A program made the position numbers and the translations under genes. Of a stretch of DNA of 64,000 nucleotides, positions 25,474 through 37,800 are shown piece after piece (positions within the stretch are counted from its first letter, which is position 1; each line of letters begins with the position of its first letter). The notes below the pieces were generated by a model, which was not told the DNA's origin, searched no databases, and worked only from the letters and a program-made list of their open reading frames with translations. Source of the stretch: Octopus bimaculoides (taxonomy: Eukaryota); assembly GCF_001194135.2 (NCBI RefSeq), contig NC_068994.1, forward strand, positions 28,856,399-28,920,398, in the 5' to 3' direction.

Positions 25474-25715
25474 GGTGCTTGGCCTAGTGGTTAGGGTGTT
25501 GCACTCATGATCACAAGATCATGGTTTCAATTCCTGGACTAGGCTAGGCATTGTGGTCTTGAGCAAAACACTTCAGTTCACATTGCTCCAATCCATTCAG
25601 CTATAAATGGGTCACCCAGCAATGGACTGGCATCTCCTTCACAGAAAATGTGGTACTCTCGGTCACTTATATGCTATGGAAACCAGATAACTAGCCTTAT
25701 GAATCCTAGGACTCG
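25474..25715 (+). mobile_element. tRNA-derived SINE with CORE/V-like central domain
   Basis: ggtgcttggcctagtggttagggtg.. head; ttgagcaaaacacttc..cattgctccaatccattcagctataaatgggt..gcaatggactggcatc; second copy at 28143-28395. Confidence 0.7.
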
Positions 25716-28142
25716 AAGTAGTAATGTTCCTCCCTGGAACATCAACCTTCAGGAATTGTCTTTCTGTTTGTGTTTTTCTTGCAAGTGTTGATCTGCAACA
25801 AGTTTAAAGGCAACATTAATGGCATTGAGGTTACTGGTCTTGAAGTGCCCTGCAGAGTTCAAGGACACTGCCCTGCCACTCTCTAGATTCAGCAAGCAAA
25901 AAGAAAAAAAATCTAATCATTAATGATGCTTTTCTGCTGCTATAGATTTCTCTCATTTGGGAGGTGGTGGTCGTGGGTGCTTAATTTGTAATCATTTGAT
26001 GGTGTAACTGCTATCTATTTTCTTTTATCCTTCACTTATTTCAGTTATTAGACTGTGGCTTTATTGGAGCACCACGTTGAAAGATTTTACTCAAACAAAC
26101 TGACTCCAGTACTTACATATTTTTTAAGTTTGGTATTTATTTTATTGGTCTTCCTTGCAGAAACTACTAAGTTACAGGGATGTAAACAAACCAACATCAG
26201 CAGGGGTGACAAAGGCACATGTGTGTGAGTGTGTGTATAGGACTGGCACAAGGAAATACAGGGCCCAATTAGAGAATTGTCAGTGGGACCTCTACTCTAC
26301 AGAAGCTGAAGATTGATGTTTTATGCTTTGTCTAGTATGCCAGTATCAGCCAAAAGGCATTAACCACAATGATATACTAAAAATTCATCATAGTGTCCTC
26401 TGCTCAAGCATATGCACACGGCCCAATTTGAACAAATCTGTCTAATTATATATGTATAGACACACACACACACACACAGAGTTATACACATGTTACATGT
26501 ATGTACATGCACACGCGCGAATATGTGTATTCAATCTATGCCAGAATGGAAAATGGATGTTAAATGATGATGAATATGAAACAAATGAAAACTGGAGTTG
26601 TTATTTTATACTCTGCAACTGAAAGTTTGTGCAAAACTAATGTTTCTGCTGGAGGAATTTCTTTTCTACACCTTTGGATAGCCAGGTGTTTGCAGGAGTG
26701 CTATCTGGATTCCTGGATCTCTTCTTACTTACTCTACACACACACACCTTTTTCTTTGTTCAGATCTCTTTTTCTAGAGATATTAGTCACTGTACTGGAA
26801 TTTACCACTGGACCAATATATGCCATTTAGCAGACAGAATGTGATCCAGTATAAGGTTTCAGTATCAAATTGCGACTTATAGACTCCTATCCTTTCCAAA
26901 GGACCTATGAGTTCTCTTTTTTTCACTTCTGGACTGGAAATAACCTGCAACTGTCTAAGGTCCATATATGTGTGACTGTTGTTAATACACTTTATAACTA
27001 AAGGGTCAGCAATTCATATTCCAACACCATTACTGTGTTTATGTCTATGGCCAAGATACTTTCTCAGTCTATACAGTGGCATAGTTCACCATTGAAAGTA
27101 ATAATTAGCTGTGTTGATCTGAATTCAAATCCTACATTTTGTTTGTCTGTAGCTTGTTTCCCAACAATTTAATTTTAGGTTCAGTCCCACTGTACAATAC
27201 CATGTGCAAGTGTCTTCTGCTACACCTGAGCCAACTAAAGCCTTGTGGGTAGATTTGTTAGACAGAAGCTGAAGGAAGTCATGTTTGCATGTATCCTTGT
27301 CTTGACGTGATGGTTGTAAAGGAACATTACAGTCATACAAATGATGTTTGCTCTAACATGTAAATCACGTGTTCGTAATCTCAAAGCAACAAGATTACAC
27401 AGAACTAACTTTAAAAAATGTGGATAAATGAGCATTTCATTTGACAAAGTAATCTGAATGCTAAAGGGTTAATAGAGTCCACTCTGTTGTCACTCAGTTT
27501 AACACCATCAGCTAGTCCTTGGGTACCTTTTATGGAGTCCTCTGTTGTCACCTAAACATCACCATGAAGTTCTTCCATGATTAATAGTATCTATTCTGTT
27601 ACAAGTATTCAGGCTAGGTCACTAATCTTTCTCCCACCAGTCTTATAAGTGTCGTCCTTCATCTTGTGATTCAGTTATTTAAAAAAATAAATGCTTTGTA
27701 TTTTTGAGTTCAAATCCTTCTGATGTTGACTTCATCTTTGATCACTGTCGTTGTTGTTTTTGTACTTTGATCCAAGTTCAACTTCTGATCTTGCAGACCT
27801 AGGATCACAGACATTCCAACCATAATCATGCCAATTTTTATGAGGTTATCTAAGACTACATTATCTAATGTCCTTCCCTTCTTTTTCAGGATGGCAGGGT
27901 GTGATTTGAGAGAGATGTAGCTGTTAGTTCTAACAAGTGACCGTATAAAGGCTTCCTCAATAGTCTATAATAAAAGTCCCAAAGGGTATGTCAGTTGGGA
28001 GTTGAATCCATTTGGAAGGCTGCTATGTTGACCATTATACCACTGACATACCAGTTGTATTGGTATTAGATAAGTGATTGACCTTATTCAATATTTAGTA
28101 GATTGACCTTATTCAATATTTAGTAGATTGGACTGTGTGTGT

Positions 28143-28395
28143 GAAGGTACGTGGCCCAGTGGTTTGGATGTTAGACTTGTGATTGCAAGATTGTGATTTT
28201 GATTCCCAGACTGAGCAGTGCATTATTCTTGAGTGAAACACTTCCCTTCATGTTGCTCCAATCCGCTCAGTTGTAAATGAGTAACCCTGCAATGGACTGA
28301 CATCCTACTCAGAAGTAATGTTGTTATCTCAGTCACTTATACACTAAGGAAACTAGGTAACCAGCACTATGAGTCCTGGGCCTCAAGACAGTACT
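28143..28395 (+). mobile_element. Second copy of the SINE at 25474
   Basis: Colinear similarity over about 240 bp. Confidence 0.7.
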
Positions 28396-29239
28396 TACCC
28401 CTTTACATTCCGATTTCAAATCCCATTGATATCACCTTTGCCTTTCATCCTTCCAGAAGTCAATAAAATAAAGTATCAGTTAAATAGTGAGGTTAATGTA
28501 GTTGCACCCTCCCTTCATATGCAATGCTCTGTGCCTTAAATTTGGTGGCAGGAAAATAGGTCTTTAAATTATTATATACTTACAACTAAGGTGGCAAGCT
28601 GGTAGAATTATTAACACACCTGGCAAAATGCTTAGTGGCATTTTGTCTGTCTTCATGTTCTGGATTCAAATGTCACCGGGATCGACTTTGCCTTCCATTT
28701 TTTTTTTATCAATAATATAAGTACCAATTGAGCAGCTGGAGTTGATTTAATCAACTTAGCCCCTCCTTCGAAATTGCTGGCCTTGTGCCAAAATTTGGAA
28801 CCAGTATTTACTTACAACCTTTTTTGTTCTGATTTCAAATCTCCCTGATGTTGACTTTGCCTTTACTCCTTCCCTTATGCTTGAGTTGATAAAATAGGTA
28901 CCAGTGAAATACTGGGGTAAATTCTGTTATATCTGTTTCTTAAAATCATTAGAACTGGTTATTCGATGGCAGGTCAGATTGTTACAGTTTGGTAGGAAGT
29001 TATTTGAACTGTTTTAAATTGTTCTAAGTTTGGTGCTTTGTTCTAAGATCATTTCCACCTAAGGTTCATTGATTTGGTTTTATTGTATTGAGTTTTTTTG
29101 TGATGAAAACAGTAAGCTCCTGTAATACTCTGGTGTTGTTTCAGTGGACAATAGTTTTTTGTTTTGTTTTATATATCTCTTTTTCAAAAATTGATCCTGT
29201 TACTGATCCAAATAAATCATTTTTGGTAGCACTAGTGCA

Positions 29240-29632
29240 AAACTACTACTACTACTACTACCACCACCACCACTACCTATACTATTATTGTTACAACTAC
29301 TACTACTACTACTGGCACTACTATTCTAGCATTATAACAACAACAACAACTACTACTACTACTACTACCACCACCGGTACTGCTATTGTAACAACAACCA
29401 ATACCATCTCCAAGAACAACTGTTACTATAATTTTAGTACAATATTTATTAATGTTTCTTCTAGTCTGTTTACTACTACTACTACCACCATCTCTACCGT
29501 GACTGAAATTACGACCACCACAACTACTATAACCCCTACAACCACCACTACCATTACTGCTATCACTCTTACGGCCACCACCACCAACACTACAACTATC
29601 ACCCCTACAATTACCACTTCCACTACAACACT
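29240..29632. repeat. Compound trinucleotide (ACT/ACC/ACA) low-complexity tract
   Basis: Runs of tac/cac/caa; the apparent Thr- or Val-rich ORFs derive from this tract. Confidence 0.85.
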
Positions 29633-29907
29633 GCTGCTGTATCATTGGTGTAGACATGCTGCTGTTTGTTTTTAATAAAATGCTATGTAGTCAATCAATA
29701 TTGTCAGATGCTCTATATTAAAATCAACATTCTTCATATTAAATCAATATTGTAACATACAATGTTATATATTAAATCAATATCTTTGTGGTGAATGGTG
29801 TTACACATAGTGGAGGTAAGCTTTCAGGGAACCAAGTCTGCGACCTGGTTTTCATTCCTCCTACAAGATGTTGCACTTAATTTCATCCATGCCTCTGTTG
29901 CTCTTTA

Positions 29908-30150
29908 GAAAGTCATGAATACCACAACCTCACATTTCCCATCCTCAAGTTTTATATCTTATAAGCAATCTTTATATATTACGTCAAATTAACGGAATTG
30001 TACTTGTGAAAGGCATGAATACCTTAACTTCACATATCCCATGTTCTTAATGAATCTGAGGTTTTATATTTTTTAAGCAATCTTTAGTTATTAAGTCAAA
30101 CTAACACAGTTGCATTTGGGAAAGGCATGAATATCTCAAACTCTAATTTC
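29908..30150 (+). repeat. Diverged minisatellite, 100-112-bp unit, about 2.3 copies
   Basis: gaaagkcatgaata.. starts at 29908, 30008 and 30120 with shared ttttatat..taagcaatcttta..gtcaaa.taac. Confidence 0.75.
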
Positions 30151-30509
30151 CTTTTGTCTAAAATGTAAGACTCTATACTTAGTTCAAAAGAACCCAACAC
30201 TATTGTGGAGTGTTGTGTAGTGTGGAGAGGGTTAAAACTGCAAAATTTTGGAATAAATTCATTTACCAAAGTTTGATTCATCTCACTTGGCAGAGTCACT
30301 CTTTATTTTTCATGTCATTTGTAGTTAATAAGTACCAGTACTTGAGTTGTTTCCTAGATTCTTACAAAATTGGCGTTTGTAACTAATCAAAGAAATCAAT
30401 ATTGTGAATTGGTATGTTATCATAATCAATAAATTTGGCAAATCCTATAAAAATGTGAAACACCAAACATCATATTTCAAAGCAGAATCTCTCTCTCTCT
30501 CCCTTTCTC

Positions 30510-30561
<52 letters not shown>

Positions 30562-31351
30562 CCCTCTCTCTCTGCCGCTGCTGCCACCAATGATTATGTC
30601 TTACATTGAAACAGTCATGGCTTTGTATGGAAGAGGTAGAGCTGATTGAATCGATACCAATATCTGATTGATGAATTATTTTAGCAACCCTAAAAAAGAA
30701 TGAAAGTAAATACAATTCTGTTAAGATATGAACTCAGAATATAGAGGAGTAAATGGGACTAAATGTTGTTAGAAATTTACTTCAACAAGAAAACAAATAT
30801 ATTTAATAATTAGCACAGACATGGTTACATGGTTCAGAAGTTCACTTCACAACCACAGGGTTTTGCATTCAATCTCACTGCACAATGCCTTGAGTGAGTG
30901 TCTTTTACCTTGAGTGAGTGTCTTTTCAGGTCAGCTAAAACTTTGTGAGTGAAGTCTAAAAGATGGAAATTTTGCAGAAGTCCACTTGAGACTGTTTTAG
31001 TTTTGGGTTTAACATCACCACTGGGTTCTTGGGGGTCTTTAGTTGAGTTCCACTCCCTTGCAAGTGTTAATGCCAAGTCTGATCTGAAGATAATTTAATT
31101 TCACAGTCTTGGGTTCCCAAAAGGTTCATGGTCACTGTCCTCTGCCCTTCGTCTGAGTAATTAAGATAAAAATCAATTAAGAAACTTCAGTTTTAATCAT
31201 CTCCCACCGCAATTTCCCCAGAGTTTTAAGGAACAATACCTCACAATATAGATGGAATAATAATCAATTGAAACATTAATCGTTTACTTCTTCCAGTCAT
31301 TGGTTTATTCAGCATTGATGAAGGGCTATCCAATATGTTACAACAACAATT

Positions 31352-31585
31352 AAAAGGTAAAGACCTCCTTCAGTCATGAATGACTATGGGATTGCATCTA
31401 GAAGGTTACCCTCTGAGGTACAAGTCTTGGGCAAATTTGTTTATGGAAGACCAGCAGTCACCCATGCATACCATCCTCCCGTCTCCATGCCAATAATGTT
31501 ATCCTAGGGAATGGTTAGTGCCAGTGATGTTGCAACTCCTTTCTACAGCTTGCTCAAGAACACAACACACAGCCTGGTCCAGGAA
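31352..31585 (-). mobile_element. SINE-like repeat (3' part)
   Basis: aaaggtaaagacctccttcagtcatgaatgac..gcttgctcaagaacacaacacacagcctggtcc; CORE-like segment at the right end. Confidence 0.55.
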
Positions 31586-32262
31586 ATTACTACATTTTGT
31601 TTTAGTTAGCAAAAGAACTTCTCTTTTATCAACCTAATCTTCCTCTAATATCTCCTTATCATATTTAAACTGAAAAATAGATGCATCAGGACTTACATTT
31701 TTCAGTTCAGAATGCTGATGCTAATGATAGGCTAGTTACAACAATTCAAAGCTTCTTAGTTGCTGGTTGTCATCTCCCTATGCCATAAGTCTACTCAAAC
31801 ATGGTTGTCCATGGGTACTCAACAACAAAAGAACATTTCCTTAATTTCCCTTAATCTCAGTTAATTATCATTAACATTTTCTGTGTTAAAGAGAAACTTA
31901 ACTCATTCTTTCCTTCTTTGTTGTTCTTTCAGACTGCTGCTTCCATTTTCGATACAGTGAACATGTTCCAAGAAGCCACACTTAACAGATACCCTGCAAT
32001 CTGATGACAACTTTGGTCTCTCTATCCAGCATCACTCACATATGGAATGTTCCAACAGTCCTCCACAAAGATGGCGATATTTACATTGAATACAATTCTT
32101 ACATATCCTGTGCAGTGCCAGACCCCATATTTTGACACGTAAAACTGCAAACTTTAAAGGATATTTTGTTGCTAGTTTTTTTTTAAAGATTTTTTTTTAC
32201 TGTTGTTAATGTTGTTGTACTTGAATGAACGAATGGTTTAAACTGCAGGCAATTCTGTCACC

Positions 32263-32871
32263 ATGTCTTCTGAATCGATATATGTAGTGCAGCCTGCACA
32301 TGAGACTTTACCTAATGCAAATGAGCAAAATGCATCAACTGTTACTGAAGATCCTATTGAGTATAAACCTTTGGATTTGCTTGAACACCTCAACCAAACA
32401 ACAAATGCGTTGGCTCTATCAACATCGCTGGCCACAAACGCGAACGCTTTGGCCACTATAACTTCCACAATACCCACTGCAATGATTAACATGGGCTTGC
32501 TGAACAGTCGGCGTGAGAAGCCTTTTAAGTGTGAGGTATGTCGCAAAGGATTTACATTGCGTGCATATCTGAAACGACATCAGCAAATTCCTGAGGTGGA
32601 AAAGCACTTCAGCTGCGCTTACTGCCATAAGGTCTTCCCACAGAGAGACCGGCTGAAGAATCACGAGCGGACCCATTTGGGTGTTCGCCCTTACAATTGT
32701 GCCTTCTGCAGCAAAAGCTTCTCCCGTAAAGACCACTTGAAAAACCACCAACGCTGCCATACTGGCGAGAAACCTTTCAAATGTGGAATTTGCCAAAGAG
32801 CTTTCTCCCAACGAGACAGACTACGGAATCATTCTCGTACTCACACGGGTGAGAGACCATTCCAATGCCAA
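32263..32871 (+). CDS. C2H2 zinc-finger protein, first coding exon (Ala/Thr-rich N-terminus, fingers 1-4 and the start of finger 5); gene continues past a GT donor at 32872
   Basis: Translation contains CEVC..HQQIP, CAYC..HERTH, CAFC..HQRCH and CGIC..HSRTH with TGEKP/TGERP/LGVRP linkers. ATG in caccATG context at 32263, candidate acceptor ctgcag| at 32248, donor CAA|gtaagt at 32872. The ORF-track tail (to 33096) runs into (AT)n/(CA)n intron sequence. Confidence 0.93.
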
Positions 32872-32964
32872 GTAAGTAAACTCTTTGTTGCTATAAGATT
32901 GCAATTCTACAAAAGTTTTAGATTGGTTCAATCAAAATACATAATAACTTTATATATGTGTGTG

Positions 32965-33082
<118 letters not shown>

Positions 33083-33840
33083 ATTACTTACAATAATATT
33101 CCATCACTCGCTCACTAAGCAATAGTCACCTAAGGTTTCATAACAATGTATTCTGACCATGGTGAAATCAACTTAGTGCCTTTCAAATGTTAAAAGTTCC
33201 CTGTTGAGATTTGAGCTAAGGCCTATATTATTACTAAGACAGTATCGATATAGGCCCCCAAGCAAATTAGTGCACTAGACCCTATGGTATTTACTTATTG
33301 ATTGCAAGCCACAGGAATACATAGACCAACGAGAATTATGCCCCAGACCATTGAGCCCTCCAGGCCACTGGCCAGTGTGCCCTTGCCTGAAGGTGGCACT
33401 GTTAAGGCCTCATTATTTCTCAAGTAACATTGATCATGATGATCAGAAACGTTGTTTTAGTGTAGTCTTTGATGAGTCATGTTTCAAATATTTATTTATA
33501 TTCAAACAAATGTTGTTCTTGTTTGTTTATTTGGCCTAATTGACTCAACATTGCTTATTATTACATGATTGCAACATCAACACTCCTCTTATTTTTAGAT
33601 TTTCTGTTTTATTTCCTCTTTTGTTTTCCATTTGTTGTTTCTTTTTTACTTTTAATCTTCACCAGGGGTCATGTTAGTAGTAGTGGTGTGTGTATAAAAG
33701 GCAAAAGGGAGGTGAGTGTCAGATACATAGAATATTGACCAAGATGTGGTACCCAACAGCAGTTTCTACTTTCAGTAATCTCGCAACAATCAGACTTTCT
33801 CTTTACATAAAGGAATATACACACACGTACACACATACAT

Positions 33841-33986
33841 ATGCATATAGATACATTTATAGACACTCAAACACATACATATATATACACATGATTACAC
33901 ACACAAACATATGCATATAGATACATTTATAGACACTCAAACACATACATATATACACACATGATTACACACACAAACATATGCAC
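33841..33986 (+). repeat. 70-bp near-perfect tandem duplication
   Basis: 33841-33910 and 33911-33980 differ at about 1 position. Confidence 0.9.
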
Positions 33987-35699
33987 ACATATCGTTGATT
34001 GAACTTTTAGTCATCAGTGAATGAAAAGCAGCAGCAATCCTCACTTTTCGCAGAGATTCCAAGACTAGGGTATTGAAAAGATAACAAAATATTAAATATC
34101 AAAATATATCAACATATCAAGATATCATCAAGACTACAGAACTGGTCTGAGTGCTTACAATGGAGAGGGTACTGCGCTGAAGGTACCCTGGTACACTAGA
34201 ATCAAGTAGAAATGATAGACTGGGTAACAAATGTATGTATTCCACTCATTAGGGCAAGTAAATAATGACTTGATGGAATTGATAATATATCATTTTAGCA
34301 CATTATTTCCACCCCTTACTCTCTATTTCATTATCTCTCATTGCCCAGTGTAAACCTACTTCCCTCGATACTACTCCTCCTCAGTAGAGGTGGTCTTGCA
34401 AATTACTTGGTGACCTCACTGCTGCTGGTGCCAAGTAAAACACATCCAGTACACTATATAACTGGTTAGCATTAGGAATGGTGTTCAGAAATAGAAACTA
34501 TGCCAAAGCAGACATTAAAGCTTGCTGCAGTCCTCTGGCTTGCCAGTGTTTCTGTTGAACCAGCCAACCCATGCCAGCATGGAAAATGGATGTTAAATGG
34601 TGATGTTGATATTATGACAGCAGAGTGAACAGCACTTAGCTCTGAAAAAACTATTTAGCTATTAAGACTTATCAGTGAATCATTGAATGTTGTAGGTGCA
34701 TTGCTTATTTTACAATAACGGTACCTGCACCACCAACAAAACTACTTCCTTTTGTACATCTCATAGGTATGGCTGTGTAGTAAGAAGTTTGCTTCCCAGC
34801 CACATGGTTCCTCATTTCATGGCATCTTGGGCAAGTGTTTTCTGCTGTAGTCTCAGGTTCACCAAAGTTTGTGAATGGATATGGTAGGTGGAAACTGAAA
34901 GAAGCCTTCACATAAGTGTAGGTGTGTGTGTCATCATTAGCATCATATAATGTCTGCTTTCCATGCTGGCATGGCATGGGTTGGATGGTTTAACAAGCTG
35001 ACCAGCTGAAGGGTTATTCAGTCTCCATATTTGTTTTGGCATGGTTTCTATAGCTGGATGCTCTTCGTAACACCAACTATGTGTGTGTGTTACTATCTCC
35101 TTACCTTGACTTTGTGCGATAGTTGATCACCATCATACAAGTAGTGTCCTTCATTTCCAACCTTCTGTGAAAACTTGTCTTGTCATAGAGGAATGTTACC
35201 ATATGCGAAAACAGGCGAGGTGTGGCAACAAGAAGAGCGTCTGGATGTAGAAAATCTGTCTCAAACAAACTTCATTTGACTCATGCAAGCATGGGTTAAA
35301 ACAATGATGATGATGACCTAATGATTGATAAAATAACTCTCATCATGCACACTGTTTTATATGACAAATATCTGACAAATACCAATAGTTGGGTTGCCAT
35401 TATAATGTTAATGGACTTATCCAACTGATTTACAAATTTACTATGTCCTTTAATTCTTTCAATATGTTGCATAAATTGGTTTTGGCAAATTCCTGCAGTT
35501 CTTTTATATACTATATCATTTGACTGGAAATTTTCTTATTTCAGCTGTATTTGTTTTTCCATGAATAATTTCTGTGATTCTATCTGCTGCAGGGCAAGGC
35601 ATGTTTTTTTGCCAATTGTGTATAATTTCTTAGCTGTGGAATTTAAGTATGAGGTTTTAAATTATACTCTTAAGTGAAGATTTTTGTGACCTTCACAGG

Positions 35700-36250
35700 T
35701 TTTCTGTGATTGATATGGTTGATGTAGTTAATGTTAACCTTGAACTTCCACAGCAAAAACATGGGCAAGGAGTTCCAGAGGATGTTGTTTTGGGAAGAAG
35801 GACTTGGTGTAGTGATTAATAGAGGACTTGACAATTGCAGGAGGATAAACATGAGAGTTGGGAAGACTTGAGTGGTGTTGGCACAAGACCAATTAGCTCC
35901 AAGAAGTAGAGCCCACTGTAGCTGGTGCAAAAAAAAAAAAAAGTAGAGTGAAGGAGACACAGCTCATTTGAGAGTCAGAGACTGGAATGTGTTGGTGAGC
36001 GACCATATGTAAATCAGTCAGGTAGCCTTTGTGGGGGTGTGGTGGAGTGTAGGCTGTATCAGCAACAGCACTGTCCCAGATGTAGAAGTAATTCCTTCCA
36101 GGAATTTGCTACAGCTGTTGTTGATTGTGAGGAGTATTCATCCAACATCCTTATCGAGCAGTAACCATAGCAACTGTTTATCTTTCTACCATCAGGAAAT
36201 AATTTGAGGCACACTTGGACCATATTAGCAAACTCAGAGAGAGTCTTTTC
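35700..36250 (-). mobile_element. CR1/Jockey-group LINE 3' RT relic
   Basis: Minus-strand fragments NYFYIWDSA (EYCSHIWDGA-like) and LWNSLP..KFKVNIN. Confidence 0.6.
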
Positions 36251-37299
36251 AAGAACAATCACTCATTTTGAACTCTACTTTGTACCATCGTTAATGTGTG
36301 TGTGTGTGTGTGTGTGTAGTGGACAAATGCTTTATATATTTCATCAACATAATTATGTTTTTATAATTTATGACATCAGGTGGTGTGGTGTGTGGTGGGA
36401 GAAGGAATGTGAGGCTCTTGGACTAAATGTCTTATGTTTACTTTATTCCTTCCACTTTCTGAGATCAAATGCCACTGAGGTCATCTTAGCCTCCACCCTA
36501 CTCTTGAGTCAATAAACTAAACACCAGACATTTGCAGTCATTGATTCAACTGTCAATAATCTCTTGTCTGTAAATTTGTGGCTTTTTGCCAATCTAAGAA
36601 ATTATTATTATCATTGTTGTTCTTTGTGTCTGGAGCAAGAGGACATGTGTTCATGGTCATAAGTTTTCTTTAAAAATTTGTTGTTTTATTAGCTGGTATT
36701 CCAAGTTTTGTTGAACTAAATAACCCTGCTCACTGCAAGCAGAGCCTGCTAGTGTGGCAAGAATTCACCTTCGAAGGGCAAATTTTGAGATTTAAAATTG
36801 CAAATTTAATATTTTGAAGCAAAAATATCAATATGGCTTCCCAAATTGAGTGGCCGATGACTGTTGGAATAGCTGCTATGACATTGTTTTTCCTTCACTA
36901 TTCAATGTTATCAAAAATCAAAGCACAGACAACAACAGGAACAACAACAAGCAAGCAGCAGTGATGAGTAGGATATATTTTTAAAATGATGCAAGCACAA
37001 CTTCCACTATAGTCCCCAACACCACTACTACTACTGCTACCGCCACCTTAATTGATAAGACAACAACAGCTTTTCCTTTTCCGAAGCAGATTGGGAATGG
37101 TTTTGCACAAGCTTGCTGGCAAATGAAAGAAGTTGAGTTGACACAAAAAAATGTTGAGCAACACTAAGTTGCATTTAACAAAGAATGACAGAACAGTTTC
37201 TCTTAATGCACTGGAGGAAGTGCAACAAGACACTGAGAAAAAAACACTGTATATAAATATATATCATTAAAGATGAGACTGGAGCAAGCAATGCAGGTC

Positions 37300-37800
37300 T
37301 AGATTTAAAAAATGCCTGGGACTGGTCTGGAGTTTAGAAACTTATGTCACCCAAGGGAAACACTTTGGCACAGTTGAGGTAAGATTCTCCACTGAAGAAT
37401 TAGCCAAAGAAAATGTCAAAGTAACCCTCAAAAGCAAGGAATTATGGCTTATTCCAACATACCTCAGTTGGTGGGGGTTGTCAAAATAAGGGTAGCAGAG
37501 GTGTCACCAGAAGTAGACACCTTTTCGCTGATAGTAGCCATATTACACAGCATAGAGGATAAAATAAAAATTCTGCAAGTCAACAAAACAAGAAAGAAGA
37601 ATTGGTCAAGCACAGGCATGAAATTGTGGCTACACACTAATCTGAACAGTATCAAAGCCATCCCTGACCTGAGCAACCTAGCTAATGGAGCACAGATATT
37701 TGTAGCAGTAGAGGGCAGAAAGCCAAGATGCCATATTTTTGCTGAAACAAAACATTTAAAGGCTTTCTGTTCCATGCAAAGAAAAGAAAAAATCCTGCTA
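37300..37800 (+). mobile_element. LINE ORF1-like relic with degenerate CCHC zinc knuckle (Tx1/L1-like)
   Basis: ..GTVEVRFSTEELAKE..LWLIPTY / VKIRVAEVSPEV..IFVAVEGRKPRCHIFAETKHLKAFC (Cx2[F]x4Hx4C); one frameshift. Confidence 0.6.

Noticed and set aside
29088-29675. 195-aa Thr-rich, mucin-like ORF
   Set aside because: Derived from ACT/ACC/ACA trinucleotide tracts; weak start, no domain, and equally open antisense frames.
32419-32811. 130-aa antisense ORF
   Set aside because: Shadow of the zinc-finger exon; no independent features.
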